Source: a virus | DNA length: 64,000 bases | Reading direction: 5' to 3' (one strand) | Virus record (IMG/VR): IMGVR_UViG_3300022538_000472 | Coordinates: 35,139 to 99,138 of that record | Shown here: one piece after another, positions 1 through 8,813 of the stretch | How the letters are laid out: every line of letters starts with the position of its first letter | Numbering within the stretch: position 1 is the first letter of the stretch | Notes under the pieces: generated by a model | Told to the model about the DNA's origin: nothing | Databases searched by the model: none | Seen by the model: the letters and a program-made list of their open reading frames with translations, nothing else | Position numbers and translations under genes: made by a program

Positions 1-3000
1 CGCACTCCGTAGATTTCCAACCCAGGTATCCCACGTCGACTCAATCCTGCTACTGATAGTCTCAATAGCAGTTTCAATACTACCGAAAGTCGTGTTTACA
101 AACGTCTCAATTGCACCCCAGGCAGTCTCCCAAACAGATTGAATTAGCCCGGTGAAAATGCCCCATGCCGTTTCAATTGAGCCACTTATAGTCCCAATTA
201 GAGTCTCAATGCCGTTGAATGTAGTATCAACAAAAGTCTCAATAGCGGCCCAGACTGTCTCCCAAGTGGACTGTACAGAACTAGTGAAAGTCTCCCATGC
301 TGTCTCAATATTGCCAGAGACTGTGCCAATGAAGGTCTCAATGTTGCCGAAAGTTGTGTCAACGAAAGTTTCGATTGCGCCCCATACTGTCTCCCAGGCT
401 TCTTGCACTGCCCCTGTAAATGTCTCCCAAGCCTCCTGAATGTTGCCAGATACAGTGTTAATCAGAGTCTCAATATTGCTGAAAGTCGTATCCACGAAAG
501 TTTCAATTGCACCCCAGACATTTTCCCAGACTTCCTCTAGAGCACCAGTGAAGGATACCCACAGAGATTCAATATCACCTGCAATCCGGTCAATCAGTGC
601 CTCAATTGCATTGAAAACTGTGTCCACAAAGTCCCGAATGTCGTCCCAGGTATCCTCCCAGAGTTCAAATAGCAGGTCAACAAAGTCCTCCCAGTCGCCA
701 CCGATTGCGGTCGTGATGGTATCGATTATCTTCTCAATTGCACTCATCACGCGGTCAACGATGCGCTCTATGGACTCGAACACTTTCTCGGTCGTGTCAA
801 GGATTTTCTCAAAAATCTTCTCCCAGATTTTCAGGATGACTTCTAGGACAACGACGATGACCTTCTCAATCTTGTCCATCATGTCGGGAATAATGGAGCC
901 ACCAACCAACTTCTTTTTGAGATCCTTGAAGAAGCCTAGGACACCCTTGACGAATCCCTCTATGAGTTTATAGAGTCCCTCAAATGGCTTTGTGATGTAT
1001 TTAATCATCAACTTGACTGTCTTTCTGAACATCACGCCCGCGTTCGTGAAGACCTTGCCGAATCCCTTGATGACCTTCTGCCAGTCGCCCTCGAAGACGC
1101 CAGTGAAGATGTCCTTGAAGCCCTGGATTTGTTCCTTCCACGCTGCAATGTACTCACGGATATCTCCGAGGACACTACCGAATGTCTCTGCAAAGAATTT
1201 GATTACGCTCGTTGCCGCTCCCAAGACACCAGAGATTACTGCTCCTAGTATCTCAATTGCGACTACGATTATGCCCACGACGGTCTCGATGCCGCTACCA
1301 GATTCGTCAAACTCGACTCCAAACTCCTCTAAGATTCCTTTGACTGCCTCCCAGATTTCCCCAAAAGAGGCCCCTATGTCCTTGAAGGCTGGAATGACAG
1401 TGTCTTGGATAACCTTCCAGATTGAACCGAAGACTGCCTCAAAGACCTGGCCTATCTGACTTAGCGCAGACCGAATTGCGGGGCCATTGTCCACAAACCA
1501 TTGCTGAATTTCACCAACTACTTCTATGACAGTTCCCACCGCCTCTATGATGGGATCTACAAAATTCACCATTATGTTTCTCGAGATTTCATCACCAAAC
1601 AGGTTCTGGAGAGTATGACCGACACCTTCCATTAACCCCATGATGTCTCCACCTAAAGCGAAAACAATGGCATTGTAAAGCGGCTCGAATGCCTTGCCCA
1701 ATTCGGTAACTGTCTTAATTATTGACTGAAACGCTCCCGGTAGATTAGCAAGAAAGTCATTGAGCGGGTCACCCTCCTCAAGGAGAACAATAAACCAGTT
1801 TACCAAGTCGCCCAGTACTGCTCCGATCTCCTCAAAGGCTGCTGAGACCATCGGACCATACTTTTCAACCAGTCCAGAGAATGCTGTAGTGATGCTAGTC
1901 AATGCTGGAAGCAGTGCCGTACCGATCCTAATCTTCAGCGTCTCCATGACGCCGTCTAGCGCTTCCTGTTGTGCCGCATAGGTTTCGGCCCTGGCTTCAC
2001 CCTGCTCCATCATACTGGCCGCGCCCTCGATTGCCTCCTCCATCCCAACCCAGCCATCAATGCCCTCGCCCATCAGCACATTCATTGACCGCATGCCCTG
2101 AGCAGTAAAGATAGCCTGAAGAGCCGCGTCACGTTCGGCATCGGTCGCATCGCCCAGGGCGATCTCGAACTGCCCGATTATGTCAACCAAGGGAAGCATT
2201 GCACCTTGTTCGTCATAGGTAACAATACCAAGTTCCTCCATCGCCGCTGTTGCCTTGGGAGTTGTCTTGCCAAGATCAAGAAGCATACGGTTGAGAGAAG
2301 TACCAGCCATAGACCCCTGTATGCCTCTGGTGCTCAGGAGCGCGAGGGCATTGTTCGTGTCTTGAATGCTAATGCTCATTGCACCCGCCGTCGGGCCGAC
2401 CATCTTAAGTGCCTCAGCAAGTCCCTCAACCTCAGCAACGGATGCATCAGCCGCCCTGACCAAATTGTCCATCGCCACGACCACGAACTCGTCTGCGGTC
2501 ATGCCCGCTTCCTCGGCCTGCCCGCCGAAAGTAGAGAGCGCGATGGCCGCCAGGTCAGACGCTTGCGCCATGTCGAGCGTCGTTGCCGCAGCGAGGTCTA
2601 TCGAGGCGCGCAGCGCGCCACCGAGATCCGCTGTGCCTGCCATGTAGCCCTGGAGATCTCCGAAGACATCCTGGGCCGTGAGACCAGCCTTGAATAGCCC
2701 CGTTATGGCTTCCGCCGACCCGCTGGCCGAGACGCCAAGAAGCCGCGTGTCGCCGCCGACCGCGAGCGTGATCTCTGAGAGGTCTTCCATCCCAAATCCC
2801 AGATTCACCAATTCTTCTTCGACGCCGGATGCCGAGATTGTAAGCACGGCCATCGAGGACTCGAAGTCAGTGGCAAGTCCGATGCTGTCCTGGGCTAATC
2901 CAACGAGCGCCTGACCCATCTTTGCCACAGCCTGAATAGCAAACGTGGTCATAGCCGTAGCCACGCCAGTGACAATGCTGCCAAGCATTGAAAACGACTG

Positions 3001-3252
3001 GCCGAATTTCCCTACTGCCCCTTCGGCCTGCCCCATCTGCCTACCAGCAACCTCTGCACTATCTCCAGTCTTTACAAACTTACCACTGACATCACGCAAC
3101 CGACCACTGGCGTCTCTGTACGTCCAATCAAGTTCCTTGGTAGACTTGACAAGTTCGTCCTGAGCTTCATCTGCCTTACCCAAGTCTCGGACAAAGCCAT
3201 CTATATTCTCAGCGACAAAAGCCACGCCTGCCGGTTCAAGTCCACGCGCCAC
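1..3252 (-). CDS. Tail tape measure protein (3' end runs off the window)
   Basis: Manual translation from GTG at 3252 (overlaps the upstream TAG) gives MARGLEPAGVAFVAENIDGFVRDLGKA, then an Ala/Gly-rich helical region. The distal part has Trp/Phe-periodic repeats of ~132 bp (44 aa, 4x11). It is missing from the ORF track, apparently because there is no stop in the window. It lies downstream of the tail chaperone. Confidence 0.9.
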   Translation of the reverse strand, partial: MARGLEPAGVAFVAENIDGFVRDLGKADEAQDELVKSTKELDWTYRDASGRLRDVSGKFVKTGDSAEVAGRQMGQAEGAVGKFGQSFSMLGSIVTGVATAMTTFAIQAVAKMGQALVGLAQDSIGLATDFESSMAVLTISASGVEEELVNLGFGMEDLSEITLAVGGDTRLLGVSASGSAEAITGLFKAGLTAQDVFGDLQGYMAGTADLGGALRASIDLAAATTLDMAQASDLAAIALSTFGGQAEEAGMTADEFVVVAMDNLVRAADASVAEVEGLAEALKMVGPTAGAMSISIQDTNNALALLSTRGIQGSMAGTSLNRMLLDLGKTTPKATAAMEELGIVTYDEQGAMLPLVDIIGQFEIALGDATDAERDAALQAIFTAQGMRSMNVLMGEGIDGWVGMEEAIEGAASMMEQGEARAETYAAQQEALDGVMETLKIRIGTALLPALTSITTAFSGLVEKYGPMVSAAFEEIGAVLGDLVNWFIVLLEEGDPLNDFLANLPGAFQSIIKTVTELGKAFEPLYNAIVFALGGDIMGLMEGVGHTLQNLFGDEISRNIMVNFVDPIIEAVGTVIEVVGEIQQWFVDNGPAIRSALSQIGQVFEAVFGSIWKVIQDTVIPAFKDIGASFGEIWEAVKGILEEFGVEFDESGSGIETVVGIIVVAIEILGAVISGVLGAATSVIKFFAETFGSVLGDIREYIAAWKEQIQGFKDIFTGVFEGDWQKVIKGFGKVFTNAGVMFRKTVKLMIKYITKPFEGLYKLIEGFVKGVLGFFKDLKKKLVGGSIIPDMMDKIEKVIVVVLEVILKIWEKIFEKILDTTEKVFESIERIVDRVMSAIEKIIDTITTAIGGDWEDFVDLLFELWEDTWDDIRDFVDTVFNAIEALIDRIAGDIESLWVSFTGALEEVWENVWGAIETFVDTTFSNIETLINTVSGNIQEAWETFTGAVQEAWETVWGAIETFVDTTFGNIETFIGTVSGNIETAWETFTSSVQSTWETVWAAIETFVDTTFNGIETLIGTISGSIETAWGIFTGLIQSVWETAWGAIETFVNTTFGSIETAIETISSRIESTWDTWVGNLRSA

Positions 3253-3491
3253 TACCTCTTACCTCGCTTTGCCTTTCGCTTTGCAGCCCGTGCCACGGCA
3301 TCCTCAGAATGGATTCTCACTAGATCTCTCGATTGCTTCCACGCCAGGAGTTTGACCAGGAATCGCTTGGAGTACTTGCCGTCGTCCAGTCCACAGAGTT
3401 CATCCAACGTCGCACCTGCCGCAATAGCGGCCTCCCACATTGGGAATGACAGAGAACCATACTCAATGCCAGTCGAGACCGCATCGCGCAA
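3252..3491 (-). CDS. Tail assembly chaperone C-terminal extension (GT-like ORF)
   Basis: Short ORF between the chaperone and tape measure with a weak TTG start. Its frame stays open back into the end of the chaperone gene (+1 frame). Confidence 0.6.
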   Translation of the reverse strand: MRDAVSTGIEYGSLSFPMWEAAIAAGATLDELCGLDDGKYSKRFLVKLLAWKQSRDLVRIHSEDAVARAAKRKAKRGKR

Positions 3492-3516
3492 CCCAACTGT
3501 TTCAATCGGAAATTCA

Positions 3517-4050
3517 TCACGCGTTATCTGGAAAGTTAGCGGCTGCCTCTGCCACCTCCGTTCGGCTGATTCCAGACAGGACGCCGAGCCTAATCAAATC
3601 GGCTGACGCAACGGCGATGAAGGACTTGTACAGAAACTCACGCTCAATTGGGTCGTCAAAGTCGAATTTACCCAAGTCCAGATAGCCCATCTTCTCCATT
3701 AGTTGCAGCCGCTTGACCCATTCGTTGTCTTCTGGCACACCATCCGTCAGTTCAACGCCAAACATAATCATCACATCAAGGCCAGCACGAACGCGCTTTC
3801 GCTGTGCATCCTTGACCGCATCACAATAATCTGGGTCAAGTGGATTCTCTTCGTCCCGGCCTTTCTTCTCATTATAGGACACCGGCACTTGCGGATCACG
3901 AATTCGTGCCACAGCCTCATCGATCAACGACGCTGCAACTGGCACTATGCGTGCGCGAATGCCGGTGCTCAATACCTCAGTACCGTCCTCGTCCATGCCG
4001 CGTCTAGCCTTCGCCACTTCCACGGCTGGATTGAGTTTTTGCTCTGTCAT
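3517..4050 (-). CDS. Tail assembly chaperone
   Basis: Lies between tail tube and tape measure. GGAGG RBS before ATG 4050 (MTEQKLNP), so the track start at 4149 is probably too long. Confidence 0.7.
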   Translation of the reverse strand: MTEQKLNPAVEVAKARRGMDEDGTEVLSTGIRARIVPVAASLIDEAVARIRDPQVPVSYNEKKGRDEENPLDPDYCDAVKDAQRKRVRAGLDVMIMFGVELTDGVPEDNEWVKRLQLMEKMGYLDLGKFDFDDPIEREFLYKSFIAVASADLIRLGVLSGISRTEVAEAAANFPDNA

Positions 4051-4087
4051 TTGACCTCCCAGGTCCGAGAGTTGTTTGTTCGTCTGA

Positions 4088-5581
4088 TTAGTCTTCGCCG
4101 ACCACCAGGATACCATCGTCGGCAACTGAACCTTCACCGACGAGGACATTAAAGTTCACATCATCTTCGCAGGCTGCCAGCGCATTGAAATCTCGCGCCG
4201 TGGGCAGATTGCCGACGCCTTCTGGCAATGCCACGAGGGAATAACCACCGTCGTAACTGCGCCATGCCTTACCGACGTTGCCCAGGTGTCCGGCGACGTA
4301 CATCACACTATCCGATGCGAACTGAACGTCGTGCAGGACTGTTGCCAGTCCAGGGAGTGCTTTCGCCGTCCAGGTCACGCCACCGTCCAAAGTGTAGTAC
4401 AACAGGCCGGTATCTGTAGTGACCCACCACTCATTCTCATCTTTGATCCAGATGGCAGTGAGGTTCGCGCCAGTGCCAGTGTCGCCTTCGGCAACCTGCC
4501 AGCCGGTGCGGTTCTTCGTCCAGATGATGGTATCGTTGTCACCGACTGCGACTGCAAACTCATCTGAGATTGCATGCACCGCGTTCAGATGATCGGTGTC
4601 GGCAACTCCAGCATCAAGCTCAGAGACACCAGCGGTTGGGTCTGTCGTCCAGTAGACATAACCGCCGTCACCGACGATGAACGCGCCTGTGCCAACTGAC
4701 CAGACGTCACTCGGTTCTTTGGTTGCGACGAAGCCAGTGTCGACCTCTGTCCAGCCCAGGGCTACACCTGCATCTACATCAGCACGCAGTTTCCAGTGCA
4801 GGCTACCAGAGTCATTGCTCACGACGAAGAGATAGTCACCTAAGCAGGCCAGGGCGTTTGCCGTCTCCAGCGCCACGAGAGTGTTGATCTCGTCCTCAGC
4901 CCAGGTTGAGCCCTTGTCGAGGCTATAGTAGATGTCTGGTGCTGTGCCTTCGGAGCCCAGAATACCACCAGCGAGAGCGTAGATTTTCTCGCAGCCCCAG
5001 GATTCGTCTTCGCACTCACCGCAGGTTACCTGGTCGCAGATTACTACATCCACAACCTCGTTGAGCGCCACGTCTTTGCCACGCTCGGCAAATGTCAACT
5101 GGAGCACCTCGTAGATTGTACCAATGCTCAGGTCTACATTCTCATTGACGGTTGAATTCTCCCCGCTTTCCAATGCACCCAAGTCATCCACACTCCACGA
5201 GGGCAGGAAAACATTCTCCAGGATTACCGCCTTGGTGAAACTGTTGAAAGCTCTGGGATCGGTGCATTCACCGAAGTGGTACTGTACATCGGCGGCACAA
5301 CGCCGCTTGGCAATTGCCAAAAGCAAACTGGCGAGATCAGCTGCATAGCGGCCTGTGAGCGAAGACGAAGCGCGGTCAACGCTGCCCTGGACCTGGCCTA
5401 TCTCGACGAACTCTCCATATCGCGTGGGGTCAGGGCATTCGATCTTCTCAATATCCCCGAACGACTGGTCTAGCGGGCCGGCCTTCATACAAGACTGAAA
5501 ATCCGGCTCGTGATTGGGTCGTGCCCGACCGTCTATGAGAAACACTCTGCTGTAAGCAGTCTTGGCGGGATTGAACGACAT
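4088..5581 (-). CDS. Major tail (tube) protein fused to a BNR/Asp-box beta-propeller
   Basis: Immediately upstream of the chaperone and tape measure. C-terminal S/TxDxGxTW Asp-box repeats (YSLDKGSTW, YTLDGGVTW, RSYDGGYS). Confidence 0.65.
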   Translation of the reverse strand: MSFNPAKTAYSRVFLIDGRARPNHEPDFQSCMKAGPLDQSFGDIEKIECPDPTRYGEFVEIGQVQGSVDRASSSLTGRYAADLASLLLAIAKRRCAADVQYHFGECTDPRAFNSFTKAVILENVFLPSWSVDDLGALESGENSTVNENVDLSIGTIYEVLQLTFAERGKDVALNEVVDVVICDQVTCGECEDESWGCEKIYALAGGILGSEGTAPDIYYSLDKGSTWAEDEINTLVALETANALACLGDYLFVVSNDSGSLHWKLRADVDAGVALGWTEVDTGFVATKEPSDVWSVGTGAFIVGDGGYVYWTTDPTAGVSELDAGVADTDHLNAVHAISDEFAVAVGDNDTIIWTKNRTGWQVAEGDTGTGANLTAIWIKDENEWWVTTDTGLLYYTLDGGVTWTAKALPGLATVLHDVQFASDSVMYVAGHLGNVGKAWRSYDGGYSLVALPEGVGNLPTARDFNALAACEDDVNFNVLVGEGSVADDGILVVGED

Positions 5582-5583
5582 AA

Positions 5584-5871
5584 CTAACCTCCATCTTTGG
5601 CACTGCGATAGAGAGCAATGACTCGCTGTCTAAGCGCAGTCGATATTGCGGCAGTGAGTCCACTCTGTGACCCAGTGACGTCCTTCAGTGTGATCAACCG
5701 CCGCACGACTAACTCGTTGTGTAAGTTCCGCCTGACCGCTTCCCAGTCTATAGCTGAGAGATCAGGTGGATCTTGTGGGAGTCCCTGCGGTGCGTCAGAG
5801 TTAGGGTCATCTCTGCGCAGCAGCGACAGGTGAAAGTATCCTCTGGCATCCTTCCATTGGACAAGTTTCAT
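5584..5871 (-). CDS. Hypothetical protein in the tail/neck region
   Basis: 95-aa ORF tightly packed in the structural operon. Confidence 0.6.
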   Translation of the reverse strand: MKLVQWKDARGYFHLSLLRRDDPNSDAPQGLPQDPPDLSAIDWEAVRRNLHNELVVRRLITLKDVTGSQSGLTAAISTALRQRVIALYRSAKDGG

Positions 5872-5880
5872 AAGTACCTC

Positions 5881-7200
5881 CTAAGCTACACCACCGCCAG
5901 GTAGACGGTCTTTGGCACGTCGCACTCTGCGCCAGGCCATAACTTCACCCAGTCGGGAACCGAATGGATTACTTAGCACATCTGGTGCATTCTGGTAAGA
6001 CTGCGCCTGCTGCTGAGTCGAACTGACGGCGGCGAGGTCATTCTGCCACTTTTGACTGAGTGCCAGCACGTTGCCACAGGAGCAAAACGGGCGCTCCAAT
6101 CGCGCCGTTGCGAGCCAAGCTATGGCATTGGCCCATTCCTGCGGAAGTGGGTCAAGAGTGTGACCTGCCAAGTATCCCTGGTCGAAGTCGCCAGAATAGT
6201 ACCAGACTTTGACGAAGTCAGGATCACGACATTTGGTGAAGCAATCCCCTGTCCAGGCCCCTGTGTCCTCATCATAGGTTGCGGGTCGCGGTACTATAAC
6301 GCCACGATTAGCATCGCGAACGTGTAGACAACCATCCTGAGTAGTGAGAGTACAAGCCTCGCACCCTGCGCCGCCACAGAATCCACAGAGGCCATCTACG
6401 AGCGATTCACTTGGCGTTGGTTCCCAGTAGAATATTGTGGAGACTCCAGTGGTTGGAGTATATTCCCTGTAGACCTCGACTGTTTGCACTAGATTGTTAA
6501 GATCAGTGAGGTCTATTGCCACTGGCCCATCCAGCGTGGCTGTGGTGGGATAGGTCTCCCACAGGTCAGGGTCTACCATCTGCCAGACGTAAAAGCGAAT
6601 CTCCACACTGCCACCACTGATTACTTTGTAGAATGGGTCGCGAATCTCCCAGGTTGGAGCACCACCATAGCCAGTGATGAAGACCTTAATTTCACTTGCG
6701 TCTGTTAGAGTAGTAGGTAGCGTGACAGTTGCGCGTTCTGTGAAACCGTCGCCATCAGCGTCAGAGTAGACCAGCGTACTGCCTGCAACCGTGGCTGCTC
6801 CGACCAGGGTTACAGTACGTTGGCCCGCCTGGATGATCTTGCCATATTCAGCCACGATGCTAAGCATCTGACCTCTCACGTTTCGACCGCCAGAGCGGTA
6901 CACATCACGCCGGTGATGGCGGGGATACTGTCTGATTTCCTGTACGGTCCAAGTAGGAGCAGGCCAGAAGCCAAGTCCGTTGGCTATGTCAAGTTCAGCA
7001 TCACGGATGGCAAGGGCCAGGTCTTCACGGGATACCGCCGAAGCGAATTGCCAGCCATGCTGCAAAAAGATGTCTGAGCAGCGATTTCTTAATGGAAAGA
7101 ACTCGCCTGCTGTCGCCCCCGCAAAATGAACTGGATTGATCCCAAGGATGCGAGAAAACCTATCTAAGCTTAAAAGTGTATGGATACTTGCTCTAGCCAT
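5881..7200 (-). CDS. Putative head-tail joining/adaptor structural protein
   Basis: 439-aa ORF upstream of the tail tube. Function inferred from position only. Confidence 0.5.
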   Translation of the reverse strand: MARASIHTLLSLDRFSRILGINPVHFAGATAGEFFPLRNRCSDIFLQHGWQFASAVSREDLALAIRDAELDIANGLGFWPAPTWTVQEIRQYPRHHRRDVYRSGGRNVRGQMLSIVAEYGKIIQAGQRTVTLVGAATVAGSTLVYSDADGDGFTERATVTLPTTLTDASEIKVFITGYGGAPTWEIRDPFYKVISGGSVEIRFYVWQMVDPDLWETYPTTATLDGPVAIDLTDLNNLVQTVEVYREYTPTTGVSTIFYWEPTPSESLVDGLCGFCGGAGCEACTLTTQDGCLHVRDANRGVIVPRPATYDEDTGAWTGDCFTKCRDPDFVKVWYYSGDFDQGYLAGHTLDPLPQEWANAIAWLATARLERPFCSCGNVLALSQKWQNDLAAVSSTQQQAQSYQNAPDVLSNPFGSRLGEVMAWRRVRRAKDRLPGGGVA

Positions 7201-7228
7201 GGACAGAATCCCCTATCCGTGGTAGAAT
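7200..7228 (+). promoter_or_regulatory. sigma70-like promoter of the HNH gene
   Basis: TGGACA(7200-7205)-17 nt-TAGAAT(7223-7228) with a TG extended -10. ATG follows 9 nt later with no SD. Confidence 0.7.
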
Positions 7229-7237
7229 ACAGATACT

Positions 7238-8137
7238 ATGAGCAAAAGGAAAAATACACACACCTCTAAAACCTGTCGCGCGTGCCATAAGCCAAAACCA
7301 GAGACATCGGGTGGAAATACGAGGGAAAATCACCTCTGCGAGACATGCTATAACATAACTAGCACATGCGCTTGCGGCTGCGGTGAGACCTTTCCCTTGT
7401 TTCAAAGCACGGGAAAAAAGCGGAAGTATGTATCCCAAGAACATTGGTGGAGAGTGCCTGAGAATAGAAAAAAACGAAGCAAAATGGTTAGCAAGCAAAT
7501 AACCGAACGATGGAGGAGACCAGGATACAAAGAGACTCATAAACCGCCAGGTGGCAGAAAGCCAACCTGCTTGGCGTGTGGTAAGCGAGTAGAGAAACGC
7601 AATCCAAGAATGGCTGACAGAAGCAGAGAAAACAGCCTGTGTGACGACTGTTATAATGTAGTTGGCATCTGTGCTTGTGGCTGCGGAAGAACATTTCCTC
7701 TCTTTAGCAGTCGAGGCAAGCGCAGAAAATACTTTTCGAGTGCCTGCTATTGGAGAGTTCCTGAGCACCGAGAATCGCTCCGTGAGGAAAAGAGCAAAGG
7801 AATGAAAGAAGTTTGGAAGAGACCTGAATACCGGGATTCCCGCACTGGCTCCAATCATCACAGTTGGAAAGGTGGCGTATCGTACTACTATTCTTGCGGC
7901 TTCACAGATGAGATTAAACAGCAAGTCAAAGAACGCGACATTTTTGAATGCCAAAATCCAAACTGTCCGAACAAAGGCAATGACGAAGTTCTCCTGCATG
8001 TTCATCACATTGATGGCAATAAACATAACAATGACCTCTCTAATCTCATAACTTTATGCGCCAACTGTCACCACGCGATGCACCCACATAAATCGGGGCC
8101 ACCTCTACCTATTGAAACACTCCAAGAATCCAAGTAA
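7238..8137 (+). CDS. Free-standing HNH homing endonuclease with duplicated Zn/NUMOD-like modules
   Basis: C-terminal VHHIDGNKHNNDLSNLITLCANCHHAMH, a GSNHHSWKGG motif, and two CxxC...CxxCY...CACGCG..FPLF repeats. Antisense to flanking genes. Confidence 0.9.
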   Translation: MSKRKNTHTSKTCRACHKPKPETSGGNTRENHLCETCYNITSTCACGCGETFPLFQSTGKKRKYVSQEHWWRVPENRKKRSKMVSKQITERWRRPGYKETHKPPGGRKPTCLACGKRVEKRNPRMADRSRENSLCDDCYNVVGICACGCGRTFPLFSSRGKRRKYFSSACYWRVPEHRESLREEKSKGMKEVWKRPEYRDSRTGSNHHSWKGGVSYYYSCGFTDEIKQQVKERDIFECQNPNCPNKGNDEVLLHVHHIDGNKHNNDLSNLITLCANCHHAMHPHKSGPPLPIETLQESK

Positions 8138-8144
8138 ACTTTCA

Positions 8145-8477
8145 TCAACCCATTCTCTTGCGGTGTCTAACACCCCGCGCATTGACGGCTATTGCCACTG
8201 TCCCCATTGCGAACGGCAACGCGCACCAGAACGTCACCTGTGGGGCCAACAGCCAGAACACAACCCATGCTGCGCCAATCCAGCCAGAGATACACCAGAT
8301 GCACACAAGGCGGTTAGCAAACTCATTCTTACCATAAGCATAGCCCTCTGAGTCATAGCGCACTCCCAATTTGTGACGGGCCAGGTCGAGCAGTCCCCAA
8401 GGACCTTCCTCCTCCGCCATCAGAGAGGAGATCCGCCACGTTGCCAGTGCCAACACTACAAATTCGAGAATAGTCAT
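8145..8477 (-). CDS. DUF1360-like membrane protein
   Basis: LATWRISSL...LVCIWCISGW pattern with hydrophobic helices. Likely start is ATG 8477. Confidence 0.7.
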   Translation of the reverse strand: MTILEFVVLALATWRISSLMAEEEGPWGLLDLARHKLGVRYDSEGYAYGKNEFANRLVCIWCISGWIGAAWVVFWLLAPQVTFWCALPFAMGTVAIAVNARGVRHRKRMG

Positions 8478-8485
8478 AGAACACA

Positions 8486-8517
8486 CAAAACCGCACCTGG
8501 CTTCCACCAGGTGCGGT
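8486..8517 (-). terminator. Intrinsic terminator
   Basis: 11-bp perfect stem ACCGCACCTGG/CCAGGTGCGGT with a 6-nt loop, followed by TTTTGT on the minus strand. Confidence 0.7.
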
Positions 8518-8589
8518 GAATTCTGAACGGTTATTCAGTTCAGCAATCAGTTAGTTGTAAGTCTAGATACTATAGCTTAAAGATTTTAA

Positions 8590-8772
8590 TCATTGAATTC
8601 CATTCTTATCGTTCCTACGCTGAAGGTCTAACACTTTTCCGTCCTTGAACAAACCATGCCGCCTAAGCATATCAACTGTCAAGTCAGCACAGACGAGGAA
8701 TCCAACTACCAATCCTACAAGAAAGACTAAAATCATTATATCTATACCCACCTTTATATCTATACACTCCAT
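8590..8772 (-). CDS. Small single-TM protein
   Basis: 60 aa with hydrophobic ILVFLVGLVVGFLV and a GGAG RBS. AT-rich patch. Confidence 0.5.
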   Translation of the reverse strand: MECIDIKVGIDIMILVFLVGLVVGFLVCADLTVDMLRRHGLFKDGKVLDLQRRNDKNGIQ

Positions 8773-8813
8773 TATGATACTTCCTCAGTGTTTTGGATTT
8801 ATAGATTCAAATC

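Noticed and set aside
152-3163. Plus-strand ORFs rich in Ser/Val/Thr/Pro
   Set aside because: They are antisense shadows of the tape measure gene on the minus strand and have no RBS.
7193-8026. 277-aa minus-strand ORF opposite the HNH gene
   Set aside because: Hydrophobic antisense shadow of a Lys/Arg-rich gene. The plus strand has clear HNH motifs and a promoter.
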